NCBI GenBank assembly: GCA_050015155.1
Contig: JBEKBY010000011.1
Location: 633 to 64,632 of the forward strand
Direction: 5' to 3'
DNA: 64,000 nucleotides
Source: Candidatus Acidiferrales bacterium
Lineage (GTDB): Bacteria > Acidobacteriota > Terriglobia > Acidiferrales > UBA7541
The notes under the pieces were generated by a model. It worked only from the letters and a program-made list of their open reading frames with translations. It made no database searches and was not told the DNA's origin. Every line of letters starts with the position of its first letter. The stretch's first letter is position 1. Of the stretch, positions 36,008 to 45,678 are shown in pieces. A program made the position numbers and the translations under genes.

Positions 36008-36422
36008 GGGGCGCGCCTTTCCGGTTCGCGCGTAGCGTATTCTACGCCAACCCCAAACCCCCGCAAGCGCGCCCTCATCCCCACAAACAATGCGCCGTCA
36101 TTAGAATCGCGAGTAACCTCCTCAAAACAAACGATCGGTGCTCTTTCTAATCGCAAAAAATCAGGGGTGGCGCAATTTCGCCCGAGAGTTGAACCCCAAC
36201 AGAGCCGTGTGCTAGCATCCCCGCTTTCGGCACCGGGGCCTTGGGTTCCCGGAGCAAAGCTCCGCAGGGTTCATCGCGCGTATCCGCCGGGGGGCGGGAT
36301 CGTGATGCTGGTCCCATTTCAAAGGACGAGTTCTGCAGCCCGCACTGTCCCTACACGAAATGCCTATTCAAACCGGGCCAGCGGCCTGAACGCGCCTTCC
36401 CGCGAGTTGCAGTCGGATCGAT

Positions 36423-36450
36423 TTTCGAGTTTCGTTTTTCGAGTTTCGTT
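36423..36450. repeat. perfect 14-bp tandem duplication TTTCGAGTTTCGTT x2
   Basis: Read directly, 19 nt upstream of the EF-G start codon. Confidence 0.6.
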
Positions 36451-36468
36451 CCTGAGGCGAGGTGACAA

Positions 36469-38598
36469 ATGAAATCCTACACGACCGATTGGATCCGCAA
36501 CGTGGGCATTGTAGGCCACGGCGACACGGGGAAGACCCAGCTCGTGTCGTCGTTGCTCTTCACGGCGGGGATGACGCCTCGGCTCGGTAAGGTAACCGAC
36601 GGCTCGACCACGACCGACTGGGACGAAGAAGAAATCGCGCGGAAAATATCGATCAACACGGGGCTCGCTTACGCCGAATGGCAGGCGCCGGGCCAGCCGG
36701 AAAAAACAAAGATCAATCTTCTCGACACGCCCGGCTATTCGACGTTCATCAATGAAACGAAGTCCTCCCTGATCGCCGCCGACGCGTCGCTGATCCTGGT
36801 GGACGCCGCCGCAGGCGTGCAGGTCGTCACCGAGAAGGTCTGGGACTACGCGACGGAACACGATCAGCCGCGCGCCTTCGTGCTGAACTGGATGGATCGC
36901 GAGCTTGCGAGCTTCGAGCGTGCGCTCGGATCGCTTGAGCAGGTGTTCGGCCGCGGCGTGGTGCCGATTCAACTGCCGATCGGCTCCGAGAAGAATTTCC
37001 GCGGAGTCGTCGATCTCGTGGCCATGAAGGCGCTCATCTACACGGTCGATGGCGACGGCAAGGCCAAAATCGAAGAGATTCCGGCGGACCTCGCCGAGGA
37101 AGCGAAGGCCGCGCACGAAAGGCTGGTCGAGCTGGTCGCCGAAGGCGACGACGAACTGATGCAGGAGTTCTTCGACAAAGGGACGCTCCCGGTCGAGGAT
37201 CTGAAAAAGGGCCTGCACGAGGAAGTGCGTGACAAGAAGATCTTACCCGTGCTGCTCAGCTCCGCGCTGCACAATGTCGGCAGCGACGCGATCCTGAATT
37301 TCCTGGTCGACATTTTCCCTTCTCCTGCCTTCCGCGGAAAAGCATCCGGCCATAAGACGCCGGATCACAAGGGCGAACCCGTCGAGCGGAAAATCGCCTC
37401 CTCGGAGCCGCTGTCGCTCTTCGTCTTCAAGACCGTTGCCGACCCGTTCGCGGGCCGCATCACGTATTTCAAGGTCATGTCCGGCGTGCTGAAAAACGAC
37501 GCCACGGTCCAGAACTTCAACCGCAACTCGCAGGAGCGGTTCCAGCACGTGCAGGTGATGCAGGGGAAAACGGCGACGGCCGTGGCCGAGCTTTACGCAG
37601 GCGATATCGGTGCGATCGCAAAGCTAAAGGACACCGTCACGGGCGAGACGCTCGGCGATAAAAATGCCCCGATCTTCTATCCCCCGGCGCGCATTCCCGA
37701 GCCCTCGATCACGTTCGCGATCGAGCCGAAAACGCGCGCAGATGAAGACCGCATCGGCACGGCCATCCACAGGATTCTCGAAGAGGACCTTGCCCTGCGG
37801 TTCGGGCGCGACCCCCAGACCAAAGAGTTTCTCCTTTCGGGCGCCGGGCAGCAGCACATCGAGGTCGTCGTCGCCAAGCTGCGCAAGCGGTATCACGTCG
37901 AGATGACGCTCAAGCCCCCGAAAGTCCCCTACCGCGAGACCATCCGCGGCAAGGCCGATGCCGAGGGCAAACACAAGAAGCAGACCGGCGGCCACGGGCA
38001 GTTCGGCCTTTGCCGGATTAAGATGGAGCCGTTGCCGCGCGGCAAGGGAGTCGAATTCGTGGACGACGTTTTCGGCGGCGCGATTCCCAAGAACTGGATC
38101 CCGTCGGTTGAAAAAGGCGTGCGCGACGCGGCCGAGCGCGGCTATCTCGCGGGCTTTCCGGTGGTCGACTTCCGCGTGAGCCTTTACGACGGCAAATACC
38201 ATGACGTGGACTCGAGCGACATGGCGTTCAAGATTGCAGGCTCGCTGGCATTCAAGGAAGCCATGAAGCAGGCGCGGCCCGCGCTGCTTGAGCCGATCAT
38301 GCAGGTCGAGGTCTACGCGCCCGATCAATACTCGGGCGACCTGATGGGCCATCTGAGTGGGCGGCGGGGAAAAATCAGCGGAAGCGAAACGCGCGCCGGA
38401 AGCGTGGTCGTCAAGGCGCTCGTGCCGCTATCGGAAATGCTGAGCTATGCGAACGAACTGATCTCCATGACGCAGGGACGCGGCAGCTATTCGATGGAGT
38501 TTTCGCACTACGACTTCGTCCCGGCGGAAATCGCGGAAAAAGTGATCGCGGCCCACAAGCCGCACCACGCAGAAGAGGAAGAGACCGCCTCGGCTTAG
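36469..38598 (+). CDS. elongation factor G paralog (EF-G2-like)
   Basis: 709 aa. GTPase motifs GHGDTGKTQ (G1), DTPGY (G3) and NWMD (G4, normally NKMD). Domains II-V are recognisable. Not in an rpsL-rpsG-fusA-tuf context. Confidence 0.9.
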   Translation: MKSYTTDWIRNVGIVGHGDTGKTQLVSSLLFTAGMTPRLGKVTDGSTTTDWDEEEIARKISINTGLAYAEWQAPGQPEKTKINLLDTPGYSTFINETKSSLIAADASLILVDAAAGVQVVTEKVWDYATEHDQPRAFVLNWMDRELASFERALGSLEQVFGRGVVPIQLPIGSEKNFRGVVDLVAMKALIYTVDGDGKAKIEEIPADLAEEAKAAHERLVELVAEGDDELMQEFFDKGTLPVEDLKKGLHEEVRDKKILPVLLSSALHNVGSDAILNFLVDIFPSPAFRGKASGHKTPDHKGEPVERKIASSEPLSLFVFKTVADPFAGRITYFKVMSGVLKNDATVQNFNRNSQERFQHVQVMQGKTATAVAELYAGDIGAIAKLKDTVTGETLGDKNAPIFYPPARIPEPSITFAIEPKTRADEDRIGTAIHRILEEDLALRFGRDPQTKEFLLSGAGQQHIEVVVAKLRKRYHVEMTLKPPKVPYRETIRGKADAEGKHKKQTGGHGQFGLCRIKMEPLPRGKGVEFVDDVFGGAIPKNWIPSVEKGVRDAAERGYLAGFPVVDFRVSLYDGKYHDVDSSDMAFKIAGSLAFKEAMKQARPALLEPIMQVEVYAPDQYSGDLMGHLSGRRGKISGSETRAGSVVVKALVPLSEMLSYANELISMTQGRGSYSMEFSHYDFVPAEIAEKVIAAHKPHHAEEEETASA

Positions 38599-38646
38599 CG
38601 ACAACGGGACGTGCGTTCTCTTTTTGGAACCGAGGATTCGGACTGG

Positions 38647-38883
38647 CTAGTTGCCTTGCTTGGGCGCATTCGTCGACGCCGCGCCATTCTTGGCAAGTGG
38701 GGCGAATGCCTTCGCGTTCGCCGGCTTCACCCGCGCGTTTTGCTGGCCCTGACCATGTGGTGTCATCAGGCCGGCCCGGCAGCCAAATCCGTAGCATGGG
38801 CCGGTGTTCTGTAAGTACGCGCACCCCGCCAGCCAAAACGTCGAGGCCAGCAAACCCGCCGCAAGACCGATCCTTCTTCTCAT
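38647..38883 (-). CDS. small lipoprotein (78 aa)
   Basis: MRRRIGLAAGLLASTFWLAGC lipobox. Short Gly/Cys-containing mature part. Confidence 0.6.
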   Translation of the reverse strand: MRRRIGLAAGLLASTFWLAGCAYLQNTGPCYGFGCRAGLMTPHGQGQQNARVKPANAKAFAPLAKNGAASTNAPKQGN

Positions 38884-39003
38884 CGGCTGCCCCTTTCGCA
38901 TCCGCACTCGAAAAGCAACTGGCTGAAGCGATTGAACGAATGGTGCCATACGGCCGCGCCCGCGGATAGGGAACGTAAGGCGAAAGATTCTAAAACTGCA
39001 CCC

Positions 39004-39582
39004 TCACGAAAACCGGGGAAGGAAAAATCCAGTGCGGCGGCGATGCTCTTCGAATGCGGCGCCGAACTGACTCGCGAGCAGCGCCTCTTCCCTCTTGGAC
39101 TTCCACGTGAACCCAAGCAGAATGATCGCGAACGCAACGAGCGCCCGGTATCGCCCGATTGCGAGGGCGGTGCCCGCGATCGCGAGCAGCATTCCCGTAT
39201 AGATCGGGTGGCGAATGCGCGCGTACGGCCCCGTGCGGATCAATTCGTGGCCGGCGCGGAGGGCAACGGAGCCGCTCCAATACCGCCCGATGTGATAGCG
39301 CGCCCAGATGGCGAAGGCCACGCCGGCCCAGGCGAGCGCGGCACCGACGACGAAAACCCAGGGCCGCCAGGGAATGAATCGGCGATTCAAGACGCCTAAG
39401 CGCGGATCGTTGTCATACAGAAGAAAGAAGGCCGCGAGCATCGCTACGATTCGAACGAGCTGCTCGCCGCTTGGCTCTCGCCGCTCCATCTTGTTGACGC
39501 GCAAGCTCGCAAGAAACCAATACGCGATGAAAATCAGCCACGGCGCCTCGATCGCCAGACTCCAATCAAACCTGCCGGTCAT
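39004..39582 (-). CDS. isoprenylcysteine carboxyl methyltransferase (ICMT/PEMT) family membrane protein
   Basis: LIRTGPYARIRHPIYTGMLL motif. Multiple TM helices. Confidence 0.8.
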   Translation of the reverse strand: MTGRFDWSLAIEAPWLIFIAYWFLASLRVNKMERREPSGEQLVRIVAMLAAFFLLYDNDPRLGVLNRRFIPWRPWVFVVGAALAWAGVAFAIWARYHIGRYWSGSVALRAGHELIRTGPYARIRHPIYTGMLLAIAGTALAIGRYRALVAFAIILLGFTWKSKREEALLASQFGAAFEEHRRRTGFFLPRFS

Positions 39583-39678
39583 CGCCTCATCCCTCCTTTC
39601 TCAGCGAATCGCCGCGCTCACTATAATCCAAATTGGCGCTTGCGAGGGCGCGGCGAAATGCGTCAAGCTGCTGCGACC

Positions 39679-40860
39679 ATGAAGAAATCCTCGAAGGCAA
39701 AGCGCCTGGGCGACGCGACGCTCGCGGTCCACGCGGGCGAGGAAAAATTCCGGATCGGTGCGCCGGTGGGTGTGTCCGTTTCGCGCACGGCGAATTTTAC
39801 GTTTGCCAGCACGGAAGAGATGAAACGTTGGGCCGAAGGAAAGAGTTCGGCTTATATCTATTCGCGCTACGGAAATCCCACGCTGGCGATCGCCGAGAAG
39901 AAAATCGCTGCGCTGGAAGGGGCGGAGGACGCAGTCGTCGCAGCGTCCGGCTCGGCTGCGATTTCGGCCGCGCTCCTCTCGGTCTTGCGCGCCGGCGACG
40001 AAGTCATTGCCACGCGGCAGCTCTATGGCGGCAGCTACCGTCTGATGCGCGACGTTTTCCCGAAGTACGCGATCACGGTCCGCCACGTCGAGGCGGACCT
40101 CGCCGGGATCGAGAAACTCGTCAGCCCACGAACCAAGGCGCTTTACGTCGAGACGCCGACGAACCCCACCCTGCGGCTCGTGGACCTCCACAAGGCGGTT
40201 GCGTTCGCTCGGGAATGGGGATTGATTTCGCTGACCGACAGCACGTTTGCGACTCCGGTCCTGCAAAAGCCCCTCGGGATAGGCTTCAACCTCGTGGTGC
40301 ACAGTGCCTCGAAATACTTGGCCGGGCATTCCGACGTGATCGCCGGGGTCGCCGCCGGGAGCGCATCGCTGATCCAGAAGGTGCGCGCGAATGTCATCCA
40401 GCTCGGAGGCTCGATGGACCCGGAGGCGGCGTTCCTGCTGATCCGGGGAATGAAAACACTCGAAGTCCGCATCGAGCGCCAGTGCAAGACGGCGATGGTT
40501 GTGGCGAAATACCTCGCGAAGCATCCCAAGGTCGCCCGTGTTCATTACCCGGGCTTGCCGAGTCATCCCGATCACCGCCTCGCGAAACGCCAGATGCGCG
40601 GATTTGGAGCGATGATGGCCTTCGATCTCAAGGGAGGCCTGCCGTCCGCGCGACGGTTCTGCGACCGCGTGCGCGTGTTTCTCCTCGCCGCGAGTCTGGG
40701 AGGCGTCGAATCACTCGTTGTCTTGCCGATCTACACGTCCCACTACAATATGTCGCTGCCGGAACTCCGGGCGGCTGGCGTCGAACCCGGGACCGTGCGC
40801 GTCTCGGTCGGCCTGGAGGACCCCGAGGATCTCATAGAGGATCTTCGCCAGGCTCTCTAG
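39679..40860 (+). CDS. Cys/Met-metabolism PLP-dependent enzyme (cystathionine gamma-synthase/beta-lyase or methionine gamma-lyase family)
   Basis: YSRYGNPT, VVHSASKYLAGHSDVIAG (PLP lysine), ESLGGVESL. Confidence 0.9.
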   Translation: MKKSSKAKRLGDATLAVHAGEEKFRIGAPVGVSVSRTANFTFASTEEMKRWAEGKSSAYIYSRYGNPTLAIAEKKIAALEGAEDAVVAASGSAAISAALLSVLRAGDEVIATRQLYGGSYRLMRDVFPKYAITVRHVEADLAGIEKLVSPRTKALYVETPTNPTLRLVDLHKAVAFAREWGLISLTDSTFATPVLQKPLGIGFNLVVHSASKYLAGHSDVIAGVAAGSASLIQKVRANVIQLGGSMDPEAAFLLIRGMKTLEVRIERQCKTAMVVAKYLAKHPKVARVHYPGLPSHPDHRLAKRQMRGFGAMMAFDLKGGLPSARRFCDRVRVFLLAASLGGVESLVVLPIYTSHYNMSLPELRAAGVEPGTVRVSVGLEDPEDLIEDLRQAL

Positions 40861-40900
40861 CTGGCCGCGCCACACGGACCGGGCCCTTCTCGGCAGTGGA

Positions 40901-41595
40901 TCAGTTTGCGGCCGACTGTAACCGACGATACTGAGCCCCGAGGTAGGTGTGGCTGCGCATGAGGGCATTGGCGGCCATTCGCAGTGCGGTGGCGGCGCGG
41001 TTGATCACACGCCGCGTGCCTTTGCCCAAAACTTTGTCTCCGTTGCCGCCAGTACGTTCGAAGCACTCGAACCTCTTGCCGACGGTTGGAACGAGTTACT
41101 TAGCAACCCGTAGGTGTACAATTTCAGCAACCACTGACTCTCCTGCACGTCGCTTTTGCGCCCCGGCAGGTTCTTGGTGTGCCGCGCACTGACCAGATAA
41201 ACCTCGAAAACACGTTCATCCAGAATGTCGTACAACGGAATCCAATACACGCCAGTCGACTGCATGGCCACTGTCCTAACTCCACAGTTCTGTAACCAGT
41301 CCGCCAGACGATGGAGGTCTGCGGTAAAACATTCAAACCGCCGCACTGGTTCTGGATCTCGGTCCGGCCGTACCGCGGCGTAATGCGCGCCATTGCCCAC
41401 ATCGATCCCCGCTGCGTGCGGATGGACCACCTCCAGACCTGGGTCCTCCGATTGCAATCGCCGCGCCCACTCCTTCCTTTCCTTCCTGTTCCGCCACAAC
41501 TTCTTGCCTGCCGTCATCCCTTTTCTCCTGTTTGGAAAATGGGACCCGGTTCGGCCCGGTGACGAAAGGTTGAGGAATCTCTCCAACGGGGTCAA
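40901..41595 (-). mobile_element. IS110-family transposase remnant (N-terminal DEDD domain plus extreme C-terminus; middle deleted)
   Basis: AAGIDVGNGAHYAAV..VAMQSTGVYWIPLYDIL..VSARHTKNLPGRKSDVQESQWLLKLYTYGLL is the IS110 N-terminal domain. A different frame at 40901-41035 encodes DKVLGKGTRRVINRAATALRMAANALMRSHTYLGAQYRRL, the IS110 C-terminal end. About 150 aa in between are missing. Confidence 0.75.
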
Positions 41596-41901
41596 AGAGT
41601 CGTCATATCGACGGCCCTTGCCACCATGCCAGCGATCGCCAGTACCGGAGCCATGCTTTTTATCCGGGCACGAAGCACCAGTGGGGAGTCGGCCATAGCT
41701 TGCCGAACCGAATCTCGATCAGATTTACAGAAGCTGAGAGCTCTAGACAAGTTTCTGGCACCAGTGACTGTGCCGTCGGCACTGTCAACTGCTTTTATAG
41801 AACTTACCAGGCAGTTGAAACTCCCCAACGTGTTGTATTCTGCCACTTGAATAATTGCGGAAGCGAAACGAGGAGAACTCGAAAACTCGAGGGCAACGCA
41901 A

Positions 41902-43149
41902 ATGGCAACAATGTCGCAGACCGGCCGGTTGTTGGCGAGATCAGCGCGCCTCGCGGTTCTGTTCGCAATCGTGTGCGCGACGAGGACTGCCGTGCGGCCG
42001 CAGTCGACTGCGATAACGATAACCTTGGCGGGACAATCGATGATCCGGTCGGATATCCGGGCAACCGCCCCGGCGGCGGTCCCGGTGATCCAGGGGCTGC
42101 TGAAGGGCGATGTGGTGTTCACCAACCTGGAATGCGCGGTCGCCGAAAAGGGCGAGACGGTCCAGGAGGGCAGGGGATTTCTCACTCCGCCGGAAGCGCT
42201 CGATGCCCTGACGACTGTCGGTTTTAACTTGTTGTCCTTGGCCGGCAATCACGCATTCGATCTGAAAGTGACGGGCATTAAGAACACGATCCGGGAGGCC
42301 GATGGCCGGAAGATCGTTCATGCCGGAACTGGAAACAACGTGGCCGAAGCTGTAGCGCCAGGTTATCTGCACACGCCGAAGGGCACGATTGCCCTAATAG
42401 CGAGCGCGTCAGGCCTGATTGCGCCCGGAGCAAGCGCCACGGCAGACCGGCCGGGAGTGAATGAGCTTCGCGTCGAAGCCGGCGACAAAGAAAATGAGGC
42501 GACAGACGATCTGCCCGGCGCGCCTGCGAACACGCCCAATCAGGAGGATTCGCAACGCATCCTTCAAAGCATTCGTGACGCCCGCCAGCACGCGGACCTC
42601 GTGATCGTGTACCAACATAACCACGTCTTTGGAAATCACTCGTTTTCGACAATCTTCACGGAAGGGATGCAGGAGCGGCTCGCCCCGAACGATTGGCTCA
42701 AGAAGTGGACGCATGCGGAGGTGGATGCGGGTGCGGACATCATAGTGATGCATGGCGCGCCTCTGCTGCATGGCGTGGAGATTTATCACGGCCGACCCAT
42801 CTTCTACGACCTGGGCAACTTCATTTACAACGTGCCGCCGGTGCTGACGTACATCGACGAACCGATGAATTGGGAGAGCGTGGTCGCGTACGTCCAATTT
42901 CGGGGGAAGAACCTGCAATCGATTTCGTTCCGGCCGATTGCCTTGAACAACGTAGGAGAGGGCCAGCCCGATATTCACAGCGAGTACACCAACAACCAAT
43001 TCCTCGACACGCGCGGCTTGCCCTCGCCGGTGACGGGCGCGAGAGCGGGTTATATCCTCCAGCGCCTGGCCGACGCGTCAAAGCCCTTTGGCACGACGTT
43101 TGAAGTAAAGGGCGACACGGCCGAAATCAAGCTGAAAGCCGGAAATTGA
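41902..43149 (+). CDS. CapA family (PGA_cap metallophosphatase-like) protein, secreted
   Basis: Signal peptide. ITLAGQSMIRSD, FTNLECAV and LSLAGNHAFD motifs. Confidence 0.85.
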   Translation: MATMSQTGRLLARSARLAVLFAIVCATRTAVRPQSTAITITLAGQSMIRSDIRATAPAAVPVIQGLLKGDVVFTNLECAVAEKGETVQEGRGFLTPPEALDALTTVGFNLLSLAGNHAFDLKVTGIKNTIREADGRKIVHAGTGNNVAEAVAPGYLHTPKGTIALIASASGLIAPGASATADRPGVNELRVEAGDKENEATDDLPGAPANTPNQEDSQRILQSIRDARQHADLVIVYQHNHVFGNHSFSTIFTEGMQERLAPNDWLKKWTHAEVDAGADIIVMHGAPLLHGVEIYHGRPIFYDLGNFIYNVPPVLTYIDEPMNWESVVAYVQFRGKNLQSISFRPIALNNVGEGQPDIHSEYTNNQFLDTRGLPSPVTGARAGYILQRLADASKPFGTTFEVKGDTAEIKLKAGN

Positions 43150-43574
43150 CGTGAAGAACAAAGCCTAGAAATCCGCTCTTCTTATCCCGAAGGGATGAAT
43201 TTCCTAGTTGGCCAACCGAGCTGTCCCGCGTGCGAACCGAATTCCGGCTCCGTCCTCCCGAGCCTATCAACTACAGCCTACTCGAGTCGAGGGGGCCGAC
43301 ACCGACATTGTTATGCAATCAAGTGCCCTGACTTCAAACTGACTCATTGCCCCCTTCCCGAATTGCTGGAAATTGCTCGTCAGAGAGTGGTATAAGCCAT
43401 TCCCAGCCTTGGGCCTACTTGGTGAAAAGGGGCTGTCCGCACAGCGGAAAGACCAGTAGTACTCGGTGTCCTGATTCCGTCAATGGGTGGTACGGTCCCA
43501 CCATTGACCTGGGCTGGGAGTAACCCTTAGAATTTTCGTTGTGTTCGCGGGGAAACGGGACCTAAGACACTCAT

Positions 43575-45464
43575 ATGAAGTGCGCCCTGACAATCGGCGT
43601 CATGTTGGCCGCCGGTACTCTGCTCTTGGCCGGCTGCGAAGAAACCGCGACGAAGGAGATCCACGTCCAGCCCCCGGCGGCAGCCCCCGCACCGGCGCCG
43701 AATTATGCCCGCCAGCCGCTTCCGTTGGCCGAGCGGCCCGCGAATTCCACCTGGCTGATACCCGCACCTGAGCCGTCGATCGACGTCCTCGTAGAAAAGG
43801 TGCAGGCAAGCTTCAACGCCGGGCAGCAAGAATACAAGGCGGGCAGCCTGGACAAGGCTCAGGCGGAATTTGACCGCGCCGCCGACCTGATTCTGAAGAG
43901 CGGCTTTCCGCCGGATTCCGATCTGAGACTGGCGAAACTGTTCGACCAGCTCGGCGACGTGGTCAGCCCTGATCAACTGGCCGCGATGGAAGACGCTCAA
44001 AGCGAGGACTCGGAAGCTCCCGCCGAGCCTGCCCCGATCGAGGAAATCGCCGACATGACGTTGCCGGCGGGCGACCCCCGTCTGGCCCTCAAAGCTGAGA
44101 AGGAATTGATCGGCGTCCACCACGACCTGCCGCTGACGGTGAACGATTCAGTCCTTCAGTATTTGAGCTTCTTCACCACGACGCGCGGCCGGGCGATCGT
44201 CGGTCACGGACTCGAGCGCGCCGGGCGTTACAGCGACATGATCCGCCGCGTACTCAAGGAGGAAGGCGTCCCGCAGGACCTGATCTACCTCGCACAGGCG
44301 GAAAGCGCCTTTCAGCCGCAGGCGGTCTCCCGGGCGGGGGCGCGTGGAATCTGGCAGTTCATGCCCTTCCGCGGCGAGGAATACGATCTCGAGCGAAGCT
44401 ACTGGATCGACGATCGCAGCGATCCCGAGAAAGCCACGCGGGCGGCGGCGCGCCATTTCCGCGACCTTTACTCCATGTTCGGCGACTGGTACCTGGTGAT
44501 GGCCGCTTATAATTCGGGGCCGCTCACCGTCGCCCGGGCGATCCAGCGCACTGGCTATGCGGATTTCTGGGAATTGCAAAAGCGCAACGCGCTGCCGAAG
44601 CAGACACAGAACTACGTTCCCATCATCCTGGCGATGGCGCTCGTTGCCAAGGACCCACCGCTTTACGGAGTTCAGGTCAGTCCCGAAAAGCCCGCGCAAG
44701 TCGAGGCCATTCATCTGGAGCACTCCATCGATCTGCATCTCGTGGCCGATGCGGCCGCGACGGATTTCGACAGCTTGCGGCTGCTCAATCCCGAACTTCT
44801 CCGCGGCGTCACTCCGAGCCAGTCCGGATTTGAATTGAAAGTGCCCGTGGGCGCCACGAAGACGTTTGAAGAAAACATCGCGCAGGTTCCGCAGGACAAG
44901 TGGACGAGCTGGCGCCTGCACGAGGTGGAAGATGGCGAGACGCTGCCCGATATCGCCCGTCGCTACCGCGTGACCGTCCCGGCGATCGAAGCCGCGAATC
45001 ACCTGGAAGCGCACGCGAGCCTGCCCGCAGGTTTCCTCTTGAACGTGCCCACCGCGCCGCCCACGGTGCGCTGGGTTCGGTACCGCGTGCAGCGCGGCGA
45101 CACGCTCCCGGGTATCGCGGAACGTTTTGACGTGACCGTGGCGCAGCTAAAGAGTTGGAATCACATCAAAGGGAGCCGCGTGGCGCGCGGAGCACAGTTG
45201 CGGATCTATGCCGGTGGCCAGACAGAGTCCGCACCACCTGCCAAAGCGAAGGCATCAGCGCAGAAAGCAAGCGCGGCAGTCCAGGATGTGTCCGTACGCG
45301 CTGAGGAAAGACCGGCAGCGCTGGAACATCGCGTGAAGCCCGGCGAAACGCTCTATTCGATCGCGCACGCCTATCAGACCACGGTTTCCTCCCTGCGCGA
45401 GTCAAATCCCTTCCTTGCGGACCGGACGCTCCAGGCCGGCGACGTGCTCACGATTCAACGGTGA
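43575..45464 (+). CDS. lytic transglycosylase (MltD-like) lipoprotein with three LysM domains
   Basis: Lipobox LLLAGC. SLT motif AESAFQPQAVSRAGARGIWQFM. Three LysM repeats (..DGETLPDIARRY.., ..RGDTLPGIAERF.., ..PGETLYSIAHAY..). Confidence 0.9.
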   Translation: MKCALTIGVMLAAGTLLLAGCEETATKEIHVQPPAAAPAPAPNYARQPLPLAERPANSTWLIPAPEPSIDVLVEKVQASFNAGQQEYKAGSLDKAQAEFDRAADLILKSGFPPDSDLRLAKLFDQLGDVVSPDQLAAMEDAQSEDSEAPAEPAPIEEIADMTLPAGDPRLALKAEKELIGVHHDLPLTVNDSVLQYLSFFTTTRGRAIVGHGLERAGRYSDMIRRVLKEEGVPQDLIYLAQAESAFQPQAVSRAGARGIWQFMPFRGEEYDLERSYWIDDRSDPEKATRAAARHFRDLYSMFGDWYLVMAAYNSGPLTVARAIQRTGYADFWELQKRNALPKQTQNYVPIILAMALVAKDPPLYGVQVSPEKPAQVEAIHLEHSIDLHLVADAAATDFDSLRLLNPELLRGVTPSQSGFELKVPVGATKTFEENIAQVPQDKWTSWRLHEVEDGETLPDIARRYRVTVPAIEAANHLEAHASLPAGFLLNVPTAPPTVRWVRYRVQRGDTLPGIAERFDVTVAQLKSWNHIKGSRVARGAQLRIYAGGQTESAPPAKAKASAQKASAAVQDVSVRAEERPAALEHRVKPGETLYSIAHAYQTTVSSLRESNPFLADRTLQAGDVLTIQR

Positions 45465-45595
45465 TCTGACCCGCCAAGTGCGCTAACTCCTTTCCTTGCT
45501 GTCATCTGCGACGCAATTGGCCTCCTGCCCGCCGCTTCCTTCACTTTGCCCCCGAGCGACACCGTATCCAAATTTGCTTTTCGGCCCATTGCGCC

Positions 45596-45624
45596 TTGAC
45601 AGAGAGCCGAGACTCCGTTTATAA
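45596..45624 (+). promoter_or_regulatory. sigma70-like promoter candidate for 45679 gene
   Basis: TTGACA-17 nt-TTATAA, about 55 nt upstream of the start codon. Confidence 0.35.
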
Positions 45625-45678
45625 GCGGCCGAGTGGTGGATGCCCGTCCGATGAGCCGGAGGCCCTACGGAGGATCGA

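Noticed and set aside
36243-36274. GGTTCCCGGAGCAAAGCTCCGCAGGGTTCAT resembles the ..CCCGGAGCAAGGCCAAAUAGGGGUUCA.. stretch of bacterial RNase P RNA. The ~370-nt non-coding region could be rnpB.
   Set aside because: The universally conserved GGAAAGUCCGG/ACAGAA elements and the P4 pairing partners are not present in 36008-36468. The similarity is short and probably fortuitous.
36364-37218. 284-aa minus-strand ORF over the EF-G start region. Similar long antisense ORFs lie at 37624-38352, 39601-40575, 44148-45014, 49613-51070, 51598-53226, 53268-54509, 55278-56702, 58253-58888, 59239-60147, 60214-61185, 62847-63473 and 63362-63994.
   Set aside because: All lie opposite genes with strong family motifs (EF-G, PLP enzyme, MltD, LpdA, E1 alpha/beta, E2, TonB, desaturase, HK, ArgR, ArgC). 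They have the R/A/G/P-biased composition of antisense frames in high-GC DNA.
39583-39678. The short leader after a TATAAT (39621-39626) upstream of the Cys/Met PLP enzyme might be a SAM-type riboswitch.
   Set aside because: Only about 50 nt are available. I cannot recognise SAM-I, SAM-II or SAM/SAH consensus elements with confidence, and there is no terminator or SD-sequestering helix evident.
41592-42248. 218-aa minus-strand ORF upstream of and overlapping CapA.
   Set aside because: It overlaps the well-supported CapA gene, has no motifs or SD, and is Ser/Ala/Arg-rich.
43480-43508. Hairpin TCAATGGGTGG-loop-CCCACCATTGA upstream of the MltD-like gene, possibly a terminator or regulatory RNA element.
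   Set aside because: An imperfect 10-bp stem with a bulge, no following U-tract and no upstream gene end close by. Insufficient to call.
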